Part shown: positions 29,333 to 36,988 of the stretch, piece after piece
Position numbering within the stretch: the first letter of the stretch is position 1
Layout of the letters: each line of letters begins with the position of its first letter
NCBI GenBank assembly: GCA_965216755.1
Contig: CBDCGL010000011.1
Location: 1,088,001 to 1,152,000 of the forward strand
Reading direction: 5' to 3'
Source: Alphaproteobacteria bacterium
GTDB lineage: Bacteria > Pseudomonadota > Alphaproteobacteria > UBA7887
DNA length: 64,000 nucleotides
Notes under the pieces: model-generated
The model's input: only the letters and a program-made list of their open reading frames with translations
Told to the model about the DNA's origin: nothing
Database searches by the model: none
Program-made: the position numbers and the translations under genes

Positions 29333-30970
29333 GTGAGCACGGTTAGCCACGACCGTTGCGAAGCCGCGCCCGCCCCTGGCAGGACTCTGTTCGATTATGC
29401 GGATGAACTGGCGCTTGAGGTACCAACCTCGTGCCATCGCACCGGCCGGTGCCACGAATGTGTCGTGGAAGTGACCCGCGGTATGGATGCGCTAAGCGCG
29501 CCGACGGCATCGGAATCGTTTCTGCGGGATAACTACCGGCTGGCGTGCCAAGCGATCATCGAGAATATCCAAAGCGACATTGCCTTCACGCCTTTGCGTC
29601 GAAGACCACGCGTCTTGACGATTGGTGCTGACGCGCCGGATGGGACACTGGCGCCCCTCGTCACGCGGGCGAATGACCAAGTCCTCTATGACGGTAAAGT
29701 CATCGACCAATATCGCGGTCATATCTGTGGCCTGGCTGTCGACGTCGGAACAACAACAGTTGTCGTTGACTTGGTTGATTTGGAAACTGGAAGGAGTATC
29801 CAGACACGGGGATTTGAGAACCCGCAACGTTTCGCCGGCAGCGATATCATGCAGCGGATCGTCTATGACGGCGGACCCAATCGCGGTCGCCTCCAAGAAT
29901 CGGTGATCGCGGCGATCAACCGCGAACTGCGCACGATCGCGCGCGATCTGCATATTCCACGGCGCGCGATCTACGAAATCGTTGTCGCCGGGAACTCCAC
30001 CATGCGCGACATATTGTTTGGCCTCGATGTGCAGAGCATCGGTCAGAAGCCCTATAAGTCGGTGGTTGAGAGCGAATATCTCTCCGGACAGCGCGCGCAC
30101 ACGGCTTTATGTGGCAATGCCTGGCAATTGGGCGTGCGCGCCAATCGGCATGCAACTGTGTATGGTTTGCCCTTAATCGCTAGTCACGTGGGTGCCGACG
30201 CAGCCGCGGCGTTGGTTACCGCCGGGATGACCGAACCGACGGGTGAAACCGCGATGCTTATTGACATGGGCACCAATAGTGAAGTCGTGTTGCGCCATCG
30301 TGGAAAGCTGTTCGCTGCCTCATGCCCGGCCGGCCCGGCGTTCGAGGGGGGGTTGGTGAAATATGGCATGCCAGCCTGCGACGGGGCGATTGAAGCTATT
30401 TCCGTCGCCAATGGCGGACAGGGCTTTGCCTACCACACTATTGGCGATGTACCGCCAGAAGGGCTATGCGGATCGGGCCTGATTGACCTATTGGCCGAAC
30501 TGCGCCAGCACGAACGCCTCACTGCCAAAGGGGTGTTCGCCGAGGATCGCAAGAAGTTTGAAATAACGGTTGTACCTGACCGTGGCATCACGTTTTCAAA
30601 GGAGGACGCCAGTAACTTGGCGCAGGCGAAAGCGGCCAGCTATTGCGGCCAGCGCGTTTTGATGCAAACGGCCGGTGTCACACCGGCCGATATCGATCGA
30701 ATGTATCTCGCGGGTGGTTTCGCGAACTATGTTGACGTCAGCAATGCGATTGCCATCGGCCTTTTGGCTCCAGTACCAGAGGAACGCATCATCAAGGTCG
30801 GCAATGCCGCCATTCGCGGTACGCGCGCCGTCCTGTTGTCGAAAATAGCGCGCCGAAACCTTGAGCTCAGCGTCCAGGCGATCGCTCATGTTGAACTTGA
30901 AACGTCGCCTTCATTTTTCGACATGTTCGTCGAAGGTTGCCAATTCAAACCGATGCCCACCGCGAAATAG
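29333..30970 (+). CDS. ATP-dependent reductive activator of corrinoid proteins (RACE; [2Fe-2S] + ASKHA)
   Basis: CHRTGRCHEC...RLACQ, AVDVGTTT, IDMGTNSE, AGPAFEG, GLCGSG, LAGGF. Confidence 0.92.
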   Translation: MSTVSHDRCEAAPAPGRTLFDYADELALEVPTSCHRTGRCHECVVEVTRGMDALSAPTASESFLRDNYRLACQAIIENIQSDIAFTPLRRRPRVLTIGADAPDGTLAPLVTRANDQVLYDGKVIDQYRGHICGLAVDVGTTTVVVDLVDLETGRSIQTRGFENPQRFAGSDIMQRIVYDGGPNRGRLQESVIAAINRELRTIARDLHIPRRAIYEIVVAGNSTMRDILFGLDVQSIGQKPYKSVVESEYLSGQRAHTALCGNAWQLGVRANRHATVYGLPLIASHVGADAAAALVTAGMTEPTGETAMLIDMGTNSEVVLRHRGKLFAASCPAGPAFEGGLVKYGMPACDGAIEAISVANGGQGFAYHTIGDVPPEGLCGSGLIDLLAELRQHERLTAKGVFAEDRKKFEITVVPDRGITFSKEDASNLAQAKAASYCGQRVLMQTAGVTPADIDRMYLAGGFANYVDVSNAIAIGLLAPVPEERIIKVGNAAIRGTRAVLLSKIARRNLELSVQAIAHVELETSPSFFDMFVEGCQFKPMPTAK

Positions 30971-30983
30971 CGAGGAAAAACTG

Positions 30984-32039
30984 ATGTCCGCGTCAGCTCA
31001 TTCAGATAGCCCACTTATTGTTATTGGTGAAAATATTCATACGACACGCGTGGTCCTGCGTCGCAGCAAGCGGTTTCACGAGGACAACGGTTTCGAGGCG
31101 ATTCGATATCAAACCGTCGACGGTGAGGAACGATTGTTGCCGGTCCCCGATACTATGAAGAACACGCAGGACTATGCTGAAGGACGGATGAAGCATGTCG
31201 CCATCGCGGTCAATACGGCCATGGGCAAAACGGATACGGATCCTGAAGAAGGCATGCTGTATTTGCGCCGTCTGGTTCACGATCAGGAACAGGCTTGCGC
31301 CGATTTCCTCGATGTCAATGTTGACGAAATTGCGATCAAAGACGAAGAACGTCTGGCCGCCATGCAGTGGCTCGCGCGTACAGTCGAGGCAATGACGGAT
31401 CTGCCGCTTGCCATCGATTCATCAAGCATTGAAGTGATCGAAGCAGGTTTGGACGTGCTCGACCGCCATGGCGGCCGGCCGATGCTGAATTCGGCATCGT
31501 TGGAGCGTTTGGACGCCTTGGATATCGCCCGGAAATGGGATACGCAGGTCGTGGTGACGGCTGCGGGTGAAGCCGGCATGCCCGACGGTACCGCACAACG
31601 TGTGGAGAACGCTTCGCGCATGGTTGACGCCGCACAAGACAAAGGCATTGCCCTGTCAGATATTTATATCGACCCGCTCATCTTCCCGATTTCGGTGGAC
31701 CAAGAAAGCGGCAATCATTGCCTCGATGCAATCCGAGCCTTGCGCGAAAAATACGGCCCAGAGATTCACATCACCGGCGGTATGAGCAATGTCTCCTTCG
31801 GCATCCCGGCCAGGCTGATTATCAACGATGTTTTTTTGCTGCTGGTCATGGATGCCGGCGCCGATAGCGGCATCATCGATCCTGTGTTGACCCCGCCGGC
31901 CAAACTGCGGCAAGTCGATCGTGAAACGCAAGCGTACAAACTTGCCGAAGATCTTTTGCTAGGGCGCGACAAGGACTGTCGCACTTTCATTCGCGCCTGG
32001 CGGAAGAAAACCCTCGGCTCGCTTCATGGCCAGCCCTGA
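30984..32039 (+). CDS. Methylcorrinoid:tetrahydrofolate methyltransferase (AcsE/MetH pterin-binding family)
   Basis: VIGENIH, DFLDVN, LAIDSS, LNSAS, YIDPL, GMSNVSFG; GAGGA RBS. Confidence 0.88.
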   Translation: MSASAHSDSPLIVIGENIHTTRVVLRRSKRFHEDNGFEAIRYQTVDGEERLLPVPDTMKNTQDYAEGRMKHVAIAVNTAMGKTDTDPEEGMLYLRRLVHDQEQACADFLDVNVDEIAIKDEERLAAMQWLARTVEAMTDLPLAIDSSSIEVIEAGLDVLDRHGGRPMLNSASLERLDALDIARKWDTQVVVTAAGEAGMPDGTAQRVENASRMVDAAQDKGIALSDIYIDPLIFPISVDQESGNHCLDAIRALREKYGPEIHITGGMSNVSFGIPARLIINDVFLLLVMDAGADSGIIDPVLTPPAKLRQVDRETQAYKLAEDLLLGRDKDCRTFIRAWRKKTLGSLHGQP

Positions 32040-32069
32040 CGGACCGTACCACGACGTCGATAGCCAATG

Positions 32070-32912
32070 TCATGACTGTTGCATCAGTGCCTTGTCAGCG
32101 GTTGACAGGCACACGCGGTTGCGACCGCCACCTTTGGCCTCGTAAAGCGCCGCATCGGCACGCCGCAGCGGCCCAGTAATCTCCGTGTCTCGATTCGATA
32201 TCGTGGCGACGCCAATACTGACGGTCAGGGACAAGACCCGGTCGCCAACCACCAGCGGCTCTGCCGCAATTTCAGTCCGCAGCAGCTCAGCAATCTCATA
32301 CGCCTCGCGCCTGTCGGCTCGCTCCAGAAGGATAACAAATTCCTCACCGCCATATCGGGCCAGAACATCGCTTTCTCGCAAAGTACGTGTGCAGATTTGC
32401 GCGATGTGGCGAAGCGCCGCATCGCCAACACCGTGACCATGGGTGTCGTTGACCGCCTTGAAGTGATCGGCGTCCAGAAATGCGAAAGATAACGGCGTCC
32501 GGAACCGCCGCGCGGCCCGAAAGGCATGGTTCGCAATTTCCATAAAATGTCGCCGATTATAGAGACCCGTGAGTTCGTCGCGTGTCGTCAATTCCTTGAG
32601 TGCAACCTCGGATTGCTCTCGGCGTTCGATTTCCTTCTTTAGCTGGAGCGCTCGGTGGAGCAGTTCCGAACGCTCGGATGCGAGGTCTCGGCCAAACACC
32701 AGGAAATAGTAGACGATCGGTGGGGTTAGCAGGACTGGAATGAAGATCGGCAGCAGAATGGCGGTCGACTGGGTGAAGGATATGGGTTCCCATATCCAAT
32801 AGGCCAAATAGCAGACCGTCACGGACACAATGACGCAGATGATCGAGAAGATCAGCGCGCCTTGAACCGGGCTCAGTCGCTCTACACATCCGCGAAAGAA
32901 CAACGCCATCAC
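32070..32912 (-). CDS. Membrane-anchored diguanylate cyclase
   Basis: Two TM helices, coiled coil, DELTGLYNRR, RESD I-site, GGEEF. Confidence 0.93.
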   Translation of the reverse strand: MMALFFRGCVERLSPVQGALIFSIICVIVSVTVCYLAYWIWEPISFTQSTAILLPIFIPVLLTPPIVYYFLVFGRDLASERSELLHRALQLKKEIERREQSEVALKELTTRDELTGLYNRRHFMEIANHAFRAARRFRTPLSFAFLDADHFKAVNDTHGHGVGDAALRHIAQICTRTLRESDVLARYGGEEFVILLERADRREAYEIAELLRTEIAAEPLVVGDRVLSLTVSIGVATISNRDTEITGPLRRADAALYEAKGGGRNRVCLSTADKALMQQS

Positions 32913-33163
32913 ACTGAGATAGCGCGAGGTCCTTAGCTTCCAACCCGGATTGGTACTGTTCCAAACGCCACCTTTCTCTTCCGTTGCGGCGAAAGCTCAC
33001 GGAATTCAGATTAGTTGTGCAAAGTTCGTTGAAATTTTTGCGATAATGACTGCGCAACCAACCCTTTTTGGTGCGTTTCGGAAAATCGAAGACCACCCGA
33101 GCGCCAGAGAGCCGCGACCAGTACCGGTCGAAATTTCGGTTTTTGGCGGATTCCGTGGATTCC

Positions 33164-33244
33164 GTGACAGTTTACCAAATTAACAAAATAATGTGCCCAC
33201 AAGATATTAACACACCAAATATTGTGTATTAAGTAAACTGTCAC
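33164..33244. repeat. AT-rich 81-bp element bounded by inverted repeats
   Basis: GTGACAGTTTAC (33164-33175) / GTAAACTGTCAC (33233-33244); the TG...CA core is flanked by CCG on both sides. Confidence 0.7.
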
Positions 33245-33488
33245 CGTAATAGAAAAGATAATACGAGATCGGCGGCGTTATCAGCGCGGGCACAAGAATG
33301 GGCAACATCATTGCAAGCGGCTCGGAGAACGATCTGTGCAACCATAACGCGTACATTGGGAAACACATGGCCACCGAGCCGGTCACTGAAATCACCGTGA
33401 ATAGCAACGCTCCCCGTATCGGGGTCAAACGTTGTATCGATTGCCGGGATCTTGGGGTCATCAAGATGAGATAGTGCACAAATCGCAC
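33207..33488 (-). pseudogene. Truncated paralog of the TM region of the adjacent diguanylate cyclase
   Basis: RLTPIRGALLF...LPILVPALITPPISYY aligns by eye with RLSPVQGALIF...LPIFIPVLLTPPIVYY of 32070-32912; no GGDEF domain follows. Confidence 0.7.
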
Positions 33489-33514
33489 TAACCCATCAGA
33501 ACTAGGCTGAACGG

Positions 33515-34084
33515 CTAAGCGCTGCCCGACTGGCCAGCCGCCAACTCGTAGCCGCGCGCAAGCGCCGCTAGATTCAATTTGTGGAGTTTCTCGGGCAAAT
33601 CACCGCGAACCGCGTCTGCCAACGCGTCACGCGGGCACAGTTCCGTGTGTCCCGCTAGTGCGCCCAGCGCAACGATGTTCGTCGCACGAACAGAGCCCAG
33701 TGAGATTGCCGTCGCACGCAAAGGCAGTGGGTACACCTTGAATTGTCCGTTGGGTGGCGATGTTACGCACTCGCTGTCGACAAAGACGACCGCGTTCTCT
33801 TTGATCAGCCCTTCCGAAGCGGCGACCGCGACCTGATCCAGCACCAGCAGCGCATCGAGACCCGTAACCAACGGCCAATCGATCGGCTTGTCGTCGATGA
33901 CCAGGTCGGCCCGGCTAAGGCCCCCGCGCGACGTGGGCTCATAACTCTGCGATTGCGCGACATAGCGTCCGTTTACCGCCAAAGCCTGAGCAATGATGCG
34001 TGCCACCAACTGCAGGCCCTGGCCACCCGCACCGCTGAGCCGCAACTGGATCAGTCCGGCTTGTCCGTTACTGGGATTTATCAC
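33515..34084 (-). CDS. 2-oxoacid:ferredoxin oxidoreductase gamma subunit
   Basis: RLSGAGGQG, QSYEPTSRGG, NIVALGAL, NLAAL..GY; start trimmed to GTG 34084. Confidence 0.88.
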   Translation of the reverse strand: MINPSNGQAGLIQLRLSGAGGQGLQLVARIIAQALAVNGRYVAQSQSYEPTSRGGLSRADLVIDDKPIDWPLVTGLDALLVLDQVAVAASEGLIKENAVVFVDSECVTSPPNGQFKVYPLPLRATAISLGSVRATNIVALGALAGHTELCPRDALADAVRGDLPEKLHKLNLAALARGYELAAGQSGSA

Positions 34085-34919
34085 GTCGCTCCTGCTTGTC
34101 GCGCATGGCATGCCGATAGCTGGCGCCGTATTCGGGGCGGTTGTTGCGAGCCAAAACGCCGGTCCGCCCAGGGTTGGGCCGAAAAGGCTGATCGACTGTG
34201 TTGTCATAAACGTCTGGACGCATTGCGCTTTTTTGGCTGAGAACCATTTCCGCCGACGAGCCCAACTCGTTCTTTCGCCCATATATCTCGGTGCAGTCTG
34301 AGATGATCTCGATAAACGAGAAGCCGGGATGGGCGAAGCCCTCTTTGATCAGGTTTTTGAGAGCCGGCGTTTCCAGCGTGACACCGCGGCCGACAAAGCC
34401 CGCGCCGGCCGCCTCGGCCAGACCACAGGCATCAAACGATGGCTCGTGGTTGCCAGTTGGCGTCGTGGTCGTGAGCCGGCTATCCGCGGTCGTGGGCGAG
34501 ACTTGCCCCCCGGTCATACCGTAGACCTCGTTGTTCAACATCAGGCAGGTGAGATCGAGATTACGCCGACAAGCGTGAATCAAGTGATTGCCGCCGATCG
34601 CGAGGCAGTCGCCATCTCCCGTGATCACGGCGACCCTTAGGTCAGAACGTGCCAAGGCCAGCCCGGTCGCGAACGCAAGTGGCCGGCCATGGGTCACATG
34701 GAACGTATTGGCATCGATATAGGCCCCAAGCCGGCCCGAGCAGCCGATTCCCGATACCACCGCAAGGCGATCTTTGGTAATTCCGAGCTCGTGGACGGCC
34801 CAAAGCATCGCCCGCAATGCAATACCGTGACCGCAGCCCGGACACAGAAAGTGCGGCATCATGTCGTGACGCAGATAGGACCGAATGTCGAATTGGTCGG
34901 GCTGCTTGCTGCGCATCAC
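34068..34919 (-). CDS. 2-oxoacid:ferredoxin oxidoreductase beta (TPP-binding) subunit
   Basis: CPGCGHG, SGIGCS, GDGD..IGGNH, NNEVYGMTGGQ. Confidence 0.93.
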   Translation of the reverse strand: MMRSKQPDQFDIRSYLRHDMMPHFLCPGCGHGIALRAMLWAVHELGITKDRLAVVSGIGCSGRLGAYIDANTFHVTHGRPLAFATGLALARSDLRVAVITGDGDCLAIGGNHLIHACRRNLDLTCLMLNNEVYGMTGGQVSPTTADSRLTTTTPTGNHEPSFDACGLAEAAGAGFVGRGVTLETPALKNLIKEGFAHPGFSFIEIISDCTEIYGRKNELGSSAEMVLSQKSAMRPDVYDNTVDQPFRPNPGRTGVLARNNRPEYGASYRHAMRDKQERRDKSQ

Positions 34920-36064
34920 CGACCGCCTTCCAACGCGGTTTCACGGATTGTATCCAAGATCGCAGCGGGCTCGATCGGTGCCCCATCCATACGATTGAGC
35001 CCACGAACCACGACACCGTCGCGGCTCAAGCGTTCGATTTCCAGCCGCAGCTGACCGGCGTTCATTTCCGGTACAACGATCGTTCGCGCGTTCCGCGTCG
35101 CCGCTGCGAACGCCGCTTCCGGAAATGGCCATAGCGTGATCGGCCGAAAAAGCCCCACCCGAACCCCAGATTGCCGACCGCCGGAAACCGCACGCTGTGC
35201 GGCGCGCGCAGAAATCCCATAAGCGATGAGAACGATCTCTGCGTCATCGCATGCCGTCACGTCGTAGGCCGCAATCTCGTTCTGGTGCAGCTCCATCTTT
35301 CTCAAGAGCCGCGTAACGGCGCGTTCGACCGCCGCCGGATCCTGGGTCGGAAATCCGTCTTCGCCGTGGGTCAACCCGGTGGTATGGGATCGGTAGCCAT
35401 CGCCAGGACGCGCCATCGCGGGAATCAGATCCTCCGTCTCGACATACGGCCTAAAGTCTTCTGGTGGCGTGGTTGCCCACGGCCGCGTTTCCAGACAATC
35501 GACCCGATGATGGGTCAAGTCGACTGTTTCCGTGAGGTGGCCAAGTGTTTCGTCGTAAAGGACCACGACGGGCACGCGCAGCCGTTCGGAAAGATTGAAA
35601 GCGCGCATGGTCTGGGCATGGATTTCACTCACCGAGTGTGGCGTCAACACGACGATCGGGTGATCCCCGTGTGTCCCCCAGCGTGCCTGCATCACGTCGC
35701 CCTGGGCGGGACGCGTTGGCAGCCCGGTACTCGGACCGCCGCGCATGACATTAACAATCACGCACGGCACCTCGGTTGCCGCCGCATAGCCCAAATTCTC
35801 TTGCTTGAGCGAAAACCCCGGCCCACTGGTCGCGGTCATCGCTTTGCTGCCACCCAAAGAAGCCCCGATCACGGCCGCCATCGATGCAATTTCGTCTTCC
35901 ATTTGTATGAAGACACCGCCGACTTCCGGCAATGCCGCGGACATGTGCTCCGCTATTTCCGATGACGGGGTAATCGGGTAACCCGCAAAAAACCGGCATC
36001 CCGCAGCAATGGCTCCCAACGCACAAGCCTCGTTGCCTTGCAAATTGCGGACGTGAGCGGCCAC
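34916..36064 (-). CDS. 2-oxoacid:ferredoxin oxidoreductase alpha subunit
   Basis: GNEA, GYPITPSSE, QMEDEIA, ATSGPG, RGGPSTG, EMNAGQ. Confidence 0.93.
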   Translation of the reverse strand: MAAHVRNLQGNEACALGAIAAGCRFFAGYPITPSSEIAEHMSAALPEVGGVFIQMEDEIASMAAVIGASLGGSKAMTATSGPGFSLKQENLGYAAATEVPCVIVNVMRGGPSTGLPTRPAQGDVMQARWGTHGDHPIVVLTPHSVSEIHAQTMRAFNLSERLRVPVVVLYDETLGHLTETVDLTHHRVDCLETRPWATTPPEDFRPYVETEDLIPAMARPGDGYRSHTTGLTHGEDGFPTQDPAAVERAVTRLLRKMELHQNEIAAYDVTACDDAEIVLIAYGISARAAQRAVSGGRQSGVRVGLFRPITLWPFPEAAFAAATRNARTIVVPEMNAGQLRLEIERLSRDGVVVRGLNRMDGAPIEPAAILDTIRETALEGGR

Positions 36065-36067
36065 GGC

Positions 36068-36985
36068 CTAGACCACCGATGGTGCCATCGCCGGGACCGT
36101 ATGCACGGTGATCGCGAAATCCGGACACAACCATTCGCAGATCCGACAACCGGTGCATGCCTCAGGATCGGTCAGAACGACTATTTGCTTGCGATTGAGG
36201 GCCAAGCACCGCTCGGGACAGAGTTTGACGCAGATGTCGCACCCTTTGCACCATCTCTCGATGATCTCTAATCGCACGTGGTCGGCGTCGTTCACCACTG
36301 GTGGTACCGATTTGCGCGCCGGGCTCGGCCCCGCGGCCGGCCGCACGCCGCGCTGCGCCTCACCCACCCACGCACGCCCGGCGTCGAACGCGCGCAGATT
36401 GACTTCGACAGTCTTCGGTGGAACGTAGAGCCCGATAACCTGTCGCCAGTCGTCCTCCGTAAAGTCTAAGGCCGTGGACAAGGCGCCAAGAAGCACACTG
36501 TTGCCGGCGCGCACATTGCCAAGGTCCCGGGCAATATTGGCGGCGTCAAGCGCGTAACCATCGCCGACGTGGGCTAGTACCTCGCGCGGCGTTTCAACCG
36601 CATAGTCGGGTGCCGCACCCCGACGACGATTTCGACACGCGAACGGCGGCACAATCGTCTGCGTATCGGCGATGAAAGTACCTGATCCCGAACGCAAATA
36701 AGGCAACCACCGCAACCCCTCAGCCCATTCGAGCGCGACCAAAATGTCGGCTTCGCCCTGCGGGATGGTTGGCGACCAGACCCTCGCGCCGAAACGAACA
36801 TGGCTAAACACGGCACCACCACGCTTGGCCATGCCATGAACTTCGCTTTGTTTGACCTCAAAGCCTTGGGCCTGACAAAGATGTGCCAGCACTTTGGACA
36901 CCATAATAACGCCCTGGCCGCCGACGCCGACGATCAAAACGCTTTTTGTCGCAGCATCGCTTTCAGGCTTGGCCATCTTCGGCAC
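36068..36985 (-). CDS. iorB: Indolepyruvate oxidoreductase beta subunit fused to a C-terminal 2x[4Fe-4S] ferredoxin
   Basis: GVGGQG, SEVHGMAKRGG, N.RAFDAG; then CKGCDICVKLCP and CTGCRICEWLCP. Confidence 0.85.
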   Translation of the reverse strand: MPKMAKPESDAATKSVLIVGVGGQGVIMVSKVLAHLCQAQGFEVKQSEVHGMAKRGGAVFSHVRFGARVWSPTIPQGEADILVALEWAEGLRWLPYLRSGSGTFIADTQTIVPPFACRNRRRGAAPDYAVETPREVLAHVGDGYALDAANIARDLGNVRAGNSVLLGALSTALDFTEDDWRQVIGLYVPPKTVEVNLRAFDAGRAWVGEAQRGVRPAAGPSPARKSVPPVVNDADHVRLEIIERWCKGCDICVKLCPERCLALNRKQIVVLTDPEACTGCRICEWLCPDFAITVHTVPAMAPSVV

Positions 36986-36988
36986 CGT

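Noticed and set aside
28204-29340. 378-aa minus-strand ORF
   Set aside because: Antisense shadow of the corrinoid protein gene
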